64,000 bases of DNA. Origin: Chloroflexota bacterium (GTDB lineage Bacteria; Chloroflexota; Limnocylindria; QHBO01). The notes beneath the pieces are model-generated. The model did no database searches and was not told the DNA's origin. It saw nothing but the letters and a program-made list of their open reading frames with translations. Numbering within the stretch: the stretch's first letter is position 1; each line of letters opens with the position of its first letter. Made by a program: the position numbers and the translations under genes. The stretch is from the NCBI GenBank assembly GCA_025699005.1, contig JAILWI010000001.1:780908-844907 (forward strand). The letters are read 5' to 3'. Positions 28,221-36,887 of this stretch are shown here, piece by piece.

Positions 28221-28565
28221 TTACGCCTTCTTCTTGCCCTTCTTGCCGCCGACGACCGGGTCGGGCGCGTCCAGCATCTCATCGATGGCGCGTCGCGCGC
28301 GGAACGCCGATCGGTAGGACTGCTGAGAGCGGGGAGCGTCAGCGTCGGCGCGGATGTACCAGCTGCGCTCGCCGGCGACGTACGAGATCTCGTAGCCGCG
28401 GTGCTCTTCGGAGGGTCGGTCCGCCTCGCTCGCCAGCATCAGGGTGGCCTGGCGCGCGGTCTTCGGGTTGCAGGTGGCGCATCGCGCCTCGAGGAGTCCG
28501 TGTGCGCATCGGCGGCAGGAAGCGCAGATCTGCCGGTCGAATCCGTGGATGCAGTAGTCGGTCAT
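28221..28565 (-). CDS. Small putative zinc-binding protein
   Basis: Tandem CxHG-x5-CxxC units (CIHGFDRQICASC, CAHGLLEARCATC) and a Lys-rich tail. Confidence 0.7.
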   Translation of the reverse strand: MTDYCIHGFDRQICASCRRCAHGLLEARCATCNPKTARQATLMLASEADRPSEEHRGYEISYVAGERSWYIRADADAPRSQQSYRSAFRARRAIDEMLDAPDPVVGGKKGKKKA

Positions 28566-28607
28566 GGCCGCCTTTGTGTGGGGTCACCAGCGTACACCGA
28601 ACCGATG

Positions 28608-28750
28608 TGCTACATTTCGACCACGTGTTCGATTGGCGCACCGGTCTGCGCCACGGTGTCAAACCCCGTCCGACCTCGCTTACTCAACTGCCCTGACCGG
28701 GCCCCGCGCGATGATCGCTGCGGGAGGGCCACGTCAGGAGCATCTCTCCC
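28608..28750 (+). promoter_or_regulatory. Extended -10 promoter and structured 5' leader of the DEAD-box helicase gene
   Basis: TG-C-TACATT (28608-28616); hairpin TGGCGCA/TGCGCCA (28634-28653); long stem CCTGAC..GTCAGG (28692-28738) overlapping AGGAG. Confidence 0.55.
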
Positions 28751-30139
28751 TTGTCATTCTCTGCCCTCGGGCTTCGTCCCGACCTGCTCCGCGCTGTCGC
28801 GCGCCAGGGATACACCGATCCGACCCCCGTCCAGCGCGAGGCGATTCCGCTCGTGCTCGAGGGTCGCGACCTGCTCGCCGGCGCCCAGACCGGCACCGGC
28901 AAGACCGCCGCCTTCGTGCTGCCCATGCTGCAGCGGCTCGCGGACTCATCCACGCGCGACCGTCGCATTCGCGCCCTCGTGCTCACCCCGACCCGTGAGC
29001 TCGCCATCCAGGTCGAGGAGTCGGTGCGCGTGTACTCCGGCGGCCAGGCCCGCTCGACCGCCATCTACGGCGGCGTCGGCTTCGGCGGCCAGGTCGGCGC
29101 GCTGCGCCGCGGCGCCGAGATCGTCGTCGCCACCCCCGGGCGCCTGCTCGACCATGCCCGCCAGGGCACGATCGACCTGCGATCGGTCGAGATCCTCGTT
29201 CTCGACGAGGCCGATCGGATGCTCGACATGGGCTTCATCCGCGACATTCGCCAGGTGCTGGCCCTCCTCCCGGACCGCCGGCAGAACCTGCTCTTCAGCG
29301 CCACCTTCTCGCGGGAGATCCGCTCGCTGGCCGAGGGGCTGCTCGATCGGCCCGCCTCGGTCCAGGTCACGCCCGAGAACACCGCGGTCGAGCTCGTGGC
29401 GCAGGTCGTCCATCCGGTCGACCGCGAGCGCAAGCGTGAGCTGCTCACCCATCTCGTGCGCACCCGCCAGATCGACCAGGCGCTCGTATTCACCCGCACG
29501 AAGCATGGAGCCAACAAGCTCGTCGAGCAGCTGAACCGGGACGGCATCGCCGCCGCCGCCATCCACGGCAACAAGTCGCAGCCGCAGCGCGTTCGCGCCC
29601 TCGCCGACCTTCGCGCCGGACGCATCCTCCTGCTCGTTGCGACCGAGGTCGCGGCCCGTGGCATCGACATCGAGGCACTGCCGCACGTCGTGAACTACGA
29701 GCTGCCGATGGTCCCCGCCGACTACGTGCATCGCATCGGCCGGACCGGGCGCGCGGGCGTCACGGGCATCGCGGTCTCGCTGGTCTGCGTCGACGAGGGT
29801 CCGCTCCTGCGGGAGATCGAGCGCCTGCTGAAGATGCCCATCGAGAAGGTCGAGATTCCCGGCTTCGAGCCGAATCGCGCCATCCGTCCGCAGCCCATCA
29901 AGCTGCGCTCCGGTCAGCGCGGAGGCATGCAGAACGGCGGAAGCGCCGGTCATGGTCGTGGTCACGCGGCTCCTACGCATCGCGGCGCGCCCGCTGGCTC
30001 AGCCGGCCGGAACGCCGGCCGTGGCCGGGCGGGGCGCCGTCCCGACCGCGGGCCTCGACGCCAGGAGCGCTCGTCGGCGCCCGGCAGCAGCATCGGCAAC
30101 CGTGGATGGAGCGGCATGCCGGGAGAGCGTCGCGGCTGA
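28751..30139 (+). CDS. rhlE: DEAD-box RNA helicase (RhlE type)
   Basis: Q motif, [42 protein letters not shown], basic Gly/Arg tail; TTG start after AGGAG. Confidence 0.93.
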   Translation: MSFSALGLRPDLLRAVARQGYTDPTPVQREAIPLVLEGRDLLAGAQTGTGKTAAFVLPMLQRLADSSTRDRRIRALVLTPTRELAIQVEESVRVYSGGQARSTAIYGGVGFGGQVGALRRGAEIVVATPGRLLDHARQGTIDLRSVEILVLDEADRMLDMGFIRDIRQVLALLPDRRQNLLFSATFSREIRSLAEGLLDRPASVQVTPENTAVELVAQVVHPVDRERKRELLTHLVRTRQIDQALVFTRTKHGANKLVEQLNRDGIAAAAIHGNKSQPQRVRALADLRAGRILLLVATEVAARGIDIEALPHVVNYELPMVPADYVHRIGRTGRAGVTGIAVSLVCVDEGPLLREIERLLKMPIEKVEIPGFEPNRAIRPQPIKLRSGQRGGMQNGGSAGHGRGHAAPTHRGAPAGSAGRNAGRGRAGRRPDRGPRRQERSSAPGSSIGNRGWSGMPGERRG

Positions 30140-30237
30140 TGCGGCGACGGATCCCCACTGCCAGGCCCCGCTGGCCTCGCCGCCGAGAGATCGGCTCCAT
30201 CGCGCCGCGGAAGCCGGTCCGGCGAATCGGCGAACGC

Positions 30238-30266
30238 TTGCGCTCTCAACGAGTCGAGCGTAGGCT
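30238..30266 (+). promoter_or_regulatory. Sigma70-type promoter of the Cys-rich leader and DUF4395 gene
   Basis: TTGCGC (30238-30243), 17-nt spacer, TAGGCT (30261-30266). Confidence 0.65.
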
Positions 30267-30275
30267 GCGCGCATC

Positions 30276-30335
30276 GTGATCGACGTTCGCCGTTGCACCC
30301 CCGACTCCTGCGCGTTCTGCTGCATCTGTCGCTAG
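30276..30335 (+). CDS. Cys-rich leader peptide (MIDVRRCTPDSCAFCCICR)
   Basis: GTG..TAG, 19 codons with 5 Cys, starting 9 nt after the -10 box and followed immediately by a 9-bp hairpin. Confidence 0.7.
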   Translation: MIDVRRCTPDSCAFCCICR

Positions 30336-30474
30336 GCGGGAGGAGCTCCGCTCCCGTCTCTCATCGGCGAATCTCTCACGACCCGCCGGCTCCCTGAGGC
30401 CCCTCCTTCCGCCCTCCACCGTTCTCGTCCCCCCGGCTGCGGCACGCGCCGCGCCATACCCGGAGCCGTACCCC

Positions 30475-31191
30475 ATGACGCGCACCCCGCGCACCGCCCA
30501 TCCCTATCGCGACACCGACGTCATCGACGCTCGGGCCCCGCGCTTCAACCAGGCCACGGTCGGCATCGTTTCGCTCGTGGCCGTCATCACCGGCTGGTGG
30601 CCGCTGCTGGCGCTCCTCGCCCTCCAGCTGGGCGTCGGCCTTCGCTACGGGCGTCGCTACTGCCTGCCGTGCGTGACGTATTTCGAGCTCATCCAGCCCA
30701 GGTTCGGCGAGGGACCGATCGAGGACTCGCGACCGCCGAAGTTCGCGAACCAGATCGGGTTCGTCGTGCTCGGCGCAGCGAGCATGGCCCATCTCGTCGG
30801 GCTGACCGCGGTCGGGAACGGGCTCGGCCTGCTCGTCGCGGGCCTCGCCCTGCTCGCCGCGGCGACGGGGATCTGCGCCGGCTGCGAGATGTATCGCATC
30901 CGCGCTCGGCTCCAGGGCATCCGGCAGCGTCAGATCGACCGCGTCGAGCTCGCCGAACTCGGCGAGATACGCCTCGCGCACGGGGCCGGTGAGCTGCTCG
31001 TCGCGTTCAGCCATCCTCTGTGCACCGACTGCCGCACCCTCCTCGGCGAGCTGGCCGCCGGCACCGCGCCGTGGATCAGCGTGGATGTCCGCGATCGGCC
31101 GGACCTCGCTCGCAAGTACGGCGTGGCGCTCGTCCCGACGGTCGTGCGCGTCGCGTCCGATGGAAGCGTCATCGGCCAGGCGGCTGGCTGA
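30475..31191 (+). CDS. DUF4395 membrane domain fused to a thioredoxin-like domain
   Basis: IDARAPRFNQ, EDSRPPKFANQIG, GICAGCEMY (DUF4395); C-terminal HPLCTDC ... LARKYGVALVPT. Confidence 0.85.
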   Translation: MTRTPRTAHPYRDTDVIDARAPRFNQATVGIVSLVAVITGWWPLLALLALQLGVGLRYGRRYCLPCVTYFELIQPRFGEGPIEDSRPPKFANQIGFVVLGAASMAHLVGLTAVGNGLGLLVAGLALLAAATGICAGCEMYRIRARLQGIRQRQIDRVELAELGEIRLAHGAGELLVAFSHPLCTDCRTLLGELAAGTAPWISVDVRDRPDLARKYGVALVPTVVRVASDGSVIGQAAG

Positions 31192-31212
31192 GCGGCGGCC
31201 GGCCCCTGCCGA

Positions 31213-31569
31213 TCAGAACGTCGCCGGGTGCTCCGGACCCTCGTACGTGCCGGCCTGCATCGCCTCGTCGGCCTCCTCGTCCGAGTCGACATTCAGCGGT
31301 GCACCCTCGGTGCGTGGTCCCTCGGCGGGTGGTGCGCTCCAGTCGCCCTCCTCGACCTCCCCGGACCTCAGGGAGATCTCGATCTCCTTCTGGTCCGGGC
31401 GCACGTGGGAGAGCGTGGCCGCCGGGAGATACCGGTGCGACGCGTTCACGAGCCCCGACTTGACGAGGATGTAGCGATCGGTGACCTCCTCGACCGTGCC
31501 GAGGTCGCCGTGGTCGGCCGACTGAACCTTCCAGCCACGCTCGATGCCGTGGATATCGTTCGTGCTCAT
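31213..31569 (-). CDS. PRC-barrel/DUF2171-like small acidic protein
   Basis: GWKV.SAD..DLGTVEEV...YILVKSG......YLP. Confidence 0.65.
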   Translation of the reverse strand: MSTNDIHGIERGWKVQSADHGDLGTVEEVTDRYILVKSGLVNASHRYLPAATLSHVRPDQKEIEISLRSGEVEEGDWSAPPAEGPRTEGAPLNVDSDEEADEAMQAGTYEGPEHPATF

Positions 31570-31610
31570 GGCCTCAGCGACCAGCAGTCCGCGTGCCGCA
31601 CACTGGGGCG

Positions 31611-32165
31611 ATGCCGATGATCGTGCGCCTGGCCGATCCCGCTCGGGACGCCGAGGCCGTCGCCGCCATCTACCGGCCTGCCGTCGAGACCTCGGTCGCG
31701 AGCTTCGAGGAGGAGCCGCCGAGCGCCGACGTGATGAGGGGCCGCATGGAGGCCACGCTGGCGTGGACGCCGTGGCTCGTCGCCGAGGATGGGGCCGGCG
31801 GCGAGGTCGTGGGCTACGCCTACGCCGGCCGGCATCGGGAGCGCGCTGGCTACCGATGGTCGGTCGACATCTCCGCGTACGTCGCGTCAGCGGCACGCGG
31901 GCGGGGGATCGGCCGAGCGTTGTATGACGCGCTGTTGGGGATGCTCCGTCGCCAGGGATTCGTGAACGTCTACGCTGCGATCACGCTGCCGAACCCGGCG
32001 AGCGTGGCGCTCCACGAGGCGATCGGCATGCGACGGGTGGGCGTCTACGAGCGCGTCGGCTACAAGTTCGGCGCCTGGCACGACGTGGCGTGGTATGGCC
32101 TGCGGCTCGCCGATCCGCCGGATCCGCCGGCTCACCCGACGGCCTTGCCCGATCTCGGGGACTGA
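31611..32165 (+). CDS. Phosphinothricin/arsinothricin-type GNAT acetyltransferase (YncA/ArsN1-like)
   Basis: AIY..AV....ASFE, GYAYA..HRER..YRWSV, ITLPN.ASV.LHE..G, GYKFG.WHDV.W. Confidence 0.9.
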   Translation: MPMIVRLADPARDAEAVAAIYRPAVETSVASFEEEPPSADVMRGRMEATLAWTPWLVAEDGAGGEVVGYAYAGRHRERAGYRWSVDISAYVASAARGRGIGRALYDALLGMLRRQGFVNVYAAITLPNPASVALHEAIGMRRVGVYERVGYKFGAWHDVAWYGLRLADPPDPPAHPTALPDLGD

Positions 32166-32211
32166 GCCCCACGTGGACGAGGCGCTGAGATCGGCCTAGG
32201 CTGGGTCGACC

Positions 32212-34245
32212 GTGAGCACCATCCGCTACTCCAGGTGGGACGGCAGCCAGCAGCTGCCGGCCTTCGACGCGGACGACGTGCTCGACGCCCTCTCCGACGA
32301 CATCCTGGCCGAGGGCGACATGCGCCGCGCACTCCAGCGACTCATGCAGCGCGGGATGCGGGGCACGCGCGGCGGTGACGTGCCTGGTCTCCGAAAGATC
32401 ATGGAGCAGCTGCGCGCCCGACGGCAGGCGGAGCTCGAGGCGTCGAACCTCGATGGCGTCCTCGACGACATCAACCGGCGGCTCGAGGAGATCCTCGAGA
32501 CGGAGCGGGAGGGGATCGGGGAGCGGGTCCGCGCGGCCGAGCAGCGCGCGCTCGATGCGCCACCCGGCGACGAGCAGGATCGGGCCAGGATGGCCGAGCA
32601 GGTGATGCGACGGACGGCGCGCCAGCGGGAGAACCGGCTCGACAGCCTGCCGGACAACCTTGCCAGGCGCCTTCATGGTCTGGCGGACTACGAGTTCATG
32701 GACGACGCCGCGCGTGACGCCTTCACCGAGCTGACCGACGAGCTGCGCGGCCAGGTGCTCCAGACGTACTTCCAGGGCCTCAAGGAGGGCGTCCAGCAGG
32801 TGACGCCGGAGGATCTCGACGGCATTCGCGCCATGGTCCGCGACCTCAACGCGCTCCTCGAGAAGCATGCGACCGGTGCCGATGTGACCGAGGACTTCGC
32901 CGCGTTCATGGCGATGCACGGCCGGTACTTCCCACCGGGCATCGGCAGCGTCGACGAGCTCATCGAGCACCTCCACCGCCAGGCGTCGCAGATGGCGTCG
33001 CTCCTCAACAGCATGTCACCGGAGATGCGGGACGAGCTTCGTGCGCTCATGGACGACCTGCTGCGCGACGACCGCCTCCAGATCGACATGGCGCGCCTGG
33101 CCGGCAACCTCCAGGCGGCACGGCCGGACCTCCCGTTCGGCGAGCCCTACCCGTTCGAGGGCGGTGAGCCGATGGGCCTCGCCGATGCGCTTGCCGCGAT
33201 CGATCGCCAACAGCAGTACGACGCGATGGAGGAAGCGCTCGGCGCCGCTCGCGATCCGGACGGGCTCGAGCGCGTCGATGCGGACGCGTTGCGCGACCTG
33301 GCCGGGGACGACGCCATCGACGACCTCGACCAGCTGCGCGAGCTGACGCGTGCGCTGGAGGAGGCCGGCTACCTGGATCGCGACGGGGGACGGCTGGAGC
33401 TCACCCCTCGCGCCGCGCGCAAGCTCGGCATGCGAGCCCTGACGGACATCTTCAGCCGCCTGCGACGCGAGGGCTTCGGCGGACACGCGCTCCCGCGCGC
33501 GGGTCGTGGCGGCGAGCCGACCGACGAGACGAAGCCCTACGAGTTCGGCGACCCGTTCGCCGTCGACATCAACCGCACGCTCTTCAACGCCATGGCCCGC
33601 GGCGGGGCCGGCACGCCGGTCAGCATCGACCCGCAGGATTTCGAGGTGTCGCGCACCGAGGAGACCACCGTCTCGAGCACGGTCCTGCTGCTCGACATGA
33701 GCCGCTCGATGCTGCTGCGGGGCTGCTCATCGGCGGCGAAGAAGGTCGCCATGGCGCTGCACACGCTCATCCACACGAAGTACCCGCGCGATCGGCTGTT
33801 CGTCGTCGGCTTCGCCTACTACGCGCGCCAGCTCAAGCCGGAGTCGATCCCGACGCTGAGTCCGTACGAGTTCGAGTACGGGACGAACCTCCAGCACGCG
33901 CTGATCATCGCGCGGCAGCTGCTCGGCCGATCCACCGGCGGCAACAAGGAGATCGTCGTCATCACCGACGGGGAGCCGACCGCGCACATCGACAACGGCC
34001 AGGTCGAGTTCGCCTATCCGCCGACGCTGCGCACCGTCCAGTCCACGCTGCGCGAGGTCGGCCGATGCACGCGTGAGGGAATCGTCATCAACACCTTCAT
34101 GCTCGAGCGGTCCCGCTACCTGTCCGAGTTCGTGGACCTCATGTCGCGCATCAATCGCGGGCGGGCCTTCTACGTCGAGCCGGAGCACCTCGGCGAGTAC
34201 GTCCTCGTCGACTACGTGAGCAAGAAGACGAAGCGCGTCGCCTGA
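32212..34245 (+). CDS. Large helical protein with a C-terminal VWA domain (Rv0959-like)
   Basis: RYSRWDGSQ N-terminus, ETKPYEFGD, MIDAS DMSRSM, GTNLQHAL, ITDGEPTAH. Confidence 0.85.
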   Translation: MSTIRYSRWDGSQQLPAFDADDVLDALSDDILAEGDMRRALQRLMQRGMRGTRGGDVPGLRKIMEQLRARRQAELEASNLDGVLDDINRRLEEILETEREGIGERVRAAEQRALDAPPGDEQDRARMAEQVMRRTARQRENRLDSLPDNLARRLHGLADYEFMDDAARDAFTELTDELRGQVLQTYFQGLKEGVQQVTPEDLDGIRAMVRDLNALLEKHATGADVTEDFAAFMAMHGRYFPPGIGSVDELIEHLHRQASQMASLLNSMSPEMRDELRALMDDLLRDDRLQIDMARLAGNLQAARPDLPFGEPYPFEGGEPMGLADALAAIDRQQQYDAMEEALGAARDPDGLERVDADALRDLAGDDAIDDLDQLRELTRALEEAGYLDRDGGRLELTPRAARKLGMRALTDIFSRLRREGFGGHALPRAGRGGEPTDETKPYEFGDPFAVDINRTLFNAMARGGAGTPVSIDPQDFEVSRTEETTVSSTVLLLDMSRSMLLRGCSSAAKKVAMALHTLIHTKYPRDRLFVVGFAYYARQLKPESIPTLSPYEFEYGTNLQHALIIARQLLGRSTGGNKEIVVITDGEPTAHIDNGQVEFAYPPTLRTVQSTLREVGRCTREGIVINTFMLERSRYLSEFVDLMSRINRGRAFYVEPEHLGEYVLVDYVSKKTKRVA

Positions 34246-34257
34246 CGGCGCGGCTGC

Positions 34258-34872
34258 TCAGCCCTCGACGGACCGATCGCTGCCCTTGGAGCGCTGCTGC
34301 TGCTTCCCGCCCCCGGCATCCGAGTCGCCACCGTCGGATGTTGCTCGATAGTCCGGGACGCTGGCGAGCGTCGAGCGGTGCGCCGTGCCCTCTCCGAGGA
34401 CGCTGAACGTCCCGTCCGACTCGAGCACCATGGCCTCCACCTCGGCCAGCGAGGAAAAGCCCTGCTGCCGGGCGGCCTGGTGAATCTCGAGCTCCGCGAT
34501 CCGCTCGCGACGGAGCGCTCCGCGGAGGACCTCGCCGCGCATGACGAGCAGCGTGGGCTCCGACGTGACGATCCGCTTGAAGGCGCCGAAGCGACTGCTC
34601 GCCAAGGCGGTCGCGAACTGGAGCCCGACGAGCAGACCGAGGGCGACCAGGCCCTCCGCCAGCGCAACGTCGGGAGAGAGGAGGATCGACGCCAGGGTCG
34701 ATCCGAGCGCGATGGTCACGATGAAGTCGAACGCGTTCATCTTCGCGAGCGTCCGCTTCCCCGAAGCGCGCAGGATCGCGATGAGTGCGGCGTAGCTCAG
34801 GATGCCGACGACGATCGTTCGCGCAAGTGTCGCCCAGTCCTGGAACAGGAACTCAGCCATGCGTTCGCTCAT
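34258..34872 (-). CDS. DUF421 (YetF-like) membrane protein
   Basis: SGKRTLAKMNAFDFIVTIALGS, EPTLLV..G, VLESDGTFSV. Confidence 0.9.
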   Translation of the reverse strand: MSERMAEFLFQDWATLARTIVVGILSYAALIAILRASGKRTLAKMNAFDFIVTIALGSTLASILLSPDVALAEGLVALGLLVGLQFATALASSRFGAFKRIVTSEPTLLVMRGEVLRGALRRERIAELEIHQAARQQGFSSLAEVEAMVLESDGTFSVLGEGTAHRSTLASVPDYRATSDGGDSDAGGGKQQQRSKGSDRSVEG

Positions 34873-34922
34873 GCAACTTCGGCGCCTGCGACCGAGGAGG
34901 CCGCACGCGCCCGGGCGTCGTC

Positions 34923-35159
34923 CTAGGGCCGCGAGCGCTTCCCGACGCGCTCGTTGCCGCGCTTGAAGTTCCCGGTGGCGCGAGCCATGAGCTGTTGGAG
35001 TGCTCCGTCATCGGCAGCGGATGCTCGATCGAGGAACTGCTGCGCGCGCTGGCCGCGCAGCAGTGTGACCGGAGCCTCGTGGTAGAGGATCACCACGGTC
35101 CCGTCCGCTCGCTGAAGCCAGCGGAAGGGTCGATCGGCAGGCGGATCCGGCTCGGGCAC
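34923..35159 (-). CDS. Small conserved hypothetical protein
   Basis: DG.V.I.Y....VT.LRG..A..F.....Q.LMARATGNFKRGNER; TATCGT 6 nt before the GTG. Confidence 0.65.
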   Translation of the reverse strand: MPEPDPPADRPFRWLQRADGTVVILYHEAPVTLLRGQRAQQFLDRASAADDGALQQLMARATGNFKRGNERVGKRSRP

Positions 35160-35245
35160 GCTCGAACGATACGTCGCGGACGCCACTGCGGTTGCCTGCC
35201 GCTGCCACGACTCATGCGTCGCTCCCGCGGTGCGAGAATCGCGCG

Positions 35246-36148
35246 ATGAAGGTCGGTGTCCAGCTTCCCGAGGTCGAGCGCGTCGTGCCCTGGGCCGAGA
35301 TGGTCGAGATGGCGCGTATCGCGGAGGCGATCGGCCTCGACTCGATCTGGGTCGGGGATCACCTCCTCTACCGCGATGACGGCAAGCCGGCGCGCGGTCC
35401 ATGGGAGGCGTGGACGCTGCTCGCGGCGCTCGCGGCGGTCACCGAGCGCGTCGAGATCGGCCCGCTCGTGGCGTCGACGAGCTTTCACAACCCCGCGATG
35501 CTGGCAAAGAAGGCGGCGACGATCGAGGAGCTCAGCGGCGGACGCCTGATCCTCGGCCTCGGGGCCGGCTGGAACCGTACCGAGTACGACGCCTTCGGCT
35601 TCCCGTTCGACCATCGTGTCGGGCGATTCGAGGAGGCCTTCACGATCATCCGTGAGCTGCTCGCGACCGGCCGCAGCGACGTGCGGGGCCGCTACCACGC
35701 CGTGGAGCGCGCGGAGCTCCTGCCGATGGGACCGCGCCCGGGCGGGCCGCCGCTCATGGTCGGATCGATCGGGGAGCGGATGCTCCGCATCACGCTCCCG
35801 CACGTCGCCTCCTGGAACGCGTGGGGCGCGTGGTTCGGCAACTCGCTCGACGGGTACCTGCCGCTCCGCGAGCGGATCGATGCCGCCTGCCGCGACGTGG
35901 GTCGCGATCCCGCCTCCCTCGAGCGCACGCTCGCCCTGATCGTCGCCTTCCCCGGCGCCCTCGGCCGCGGATCGTCCGTGTCGGACGACGCCTTCGCGCC
36001 GCTCGACGGCGAGCCGAGCGAGCTCGCCGCGACGCTCCGATCGTTCGCCGATGCGAGCGTGGGACACGTCCAGCTCGTGCTCGATCCGATCACGGTCGAC
36101 ACGGTTGCCGCGCTCGAGCCGACCCTGGCGATGCTCCGTGGCGGATGA
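35246..36148 (+). CDS. LLM-class (luciferase-like) flavin-dependent oxidoreductase
   Basis: DSIWVGDHL, EAWTLLAALAAVT.RVEIG, NPAMLAK.AAT...SGGRLILGLGAGW. Confidence 0.92.
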   Translation: MKVGVQLPEVERVVPWAEMVEMARIAEAIGLDSIWVGDHLLYRDDGKPARGPWEAWTLLAALAAVTERVEIGPLVASTSFHNPAMLAKKAATIEELSGGRLILGLGAGWNRTEYDAFGFPFDHRVGRFEEAFTIIRELLATGRSDVRGRYHAVERAELLPMGPRPGGPPLMVGSIGERMLRITLPHVASWNAWGAWFGNSLDGYLPLRERIDAACRDVGRDPASLERTLALIVAFPGALGRGSSVSDDAFAPLDGEPSELAATLRSFADASVGHVQLVLDPITVDTVAALEPTLAMLRGG

Positions 36149-36176
36149 GACCGGACCGGCTGATACCATCGCCACC

Positions 36177-36587
36177 ATGAGCAACGGCGGCCCGATCGAA
36201 CCCGCGGCGCTCGTCATCGGCCGGTCGGGGCGGCTCGAGGCCGCGTCGCTCGAGGCAGGCGGTGACCACGCGATCCTCGTGCGCGAGACGGGCGGCGACG
36301 GGCGTCACCGCGCGCTCATCACGACCGACAAGCTGCCCACCGGGGAGCGGCTGGTGGTCATGCCGCTCGACGAGGACGTCGACGTGCGGGTGGACGGCGA
36401 TGCGCTCGCCATCTGGCTCGGGCGCGGGTTGACCGGCGAGGTGCCACCCCAGCATCGGGCCGTCGTGGCCGAGCAGGTACCGCCCTGGGCGACCATCGTG
36501 GGCGGCACGCTGCTCATCCTCGTCCTTCTCTTCGCGGTCGTGGGATCGGCGGTCGTCTTCACCTGGCTGACGAGGCTGCTGGCGTGA
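36177..36587 (+). CDS. Hypothetical protein with C-terminal TM helix
   Basis: C-terminal hydrophobic segment; GTGA overlap with the next gene. Confidence 0.6.
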   Translation: MSNGGPIEPAALVIGRSGRLEAASLEAGGDHAILVRETGGDGRHRALITTDKLPTGERLVVMPLDEDVDVRVDGDALAIWLGRGLTGEVPPQHRAVVAEQVPPWATIVGGTLLILVLLFAVVGSAVVFTWLTRLLA

Positions 36588-36886
36588 CGCAGAGCAGGAT
36601 CGGCTCGCCGACGACCGGCCTCGTCGCCATGCGGCTCGCGGTCGAGTTCGGCGGTCCCGATGACTTCGCCGAGTCGTTCGCGGGCGCGCTCGAGCGCGGT
36701 GGATCGCTCGGTGCCACCTTCGTCGCGGCGCTCGATCGCGGAGATCTGAGCATCCACCTGCCGCACGAGGACGGACCCTGCTGGAACTCGGTCCCGCTGT
36801 TCCACCTCCATCCCGGGGAGCAGCCGACCGACGACGACTGGGCCGTGACGAGCTCGATCCTCGAGAAGCTGGAACGGTACCGCTGA
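36584..36886 (+). CDS. Hypothetical protein
   Basis: Coupled between flanking genes (4-nt overlap upstream, 1-nt gap downstream). Confidence 0.65.
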   Translation: MTQSRIGSPTTGLVAMRLAVEFGGPDDFAESFAGALERGGSLGATFVAALDRGDLSIHLPHEDGPCWNSVPLFHLHPGEQPTDDDWAVTSSILEKLERYR

Positions 36887-36887
36887 C

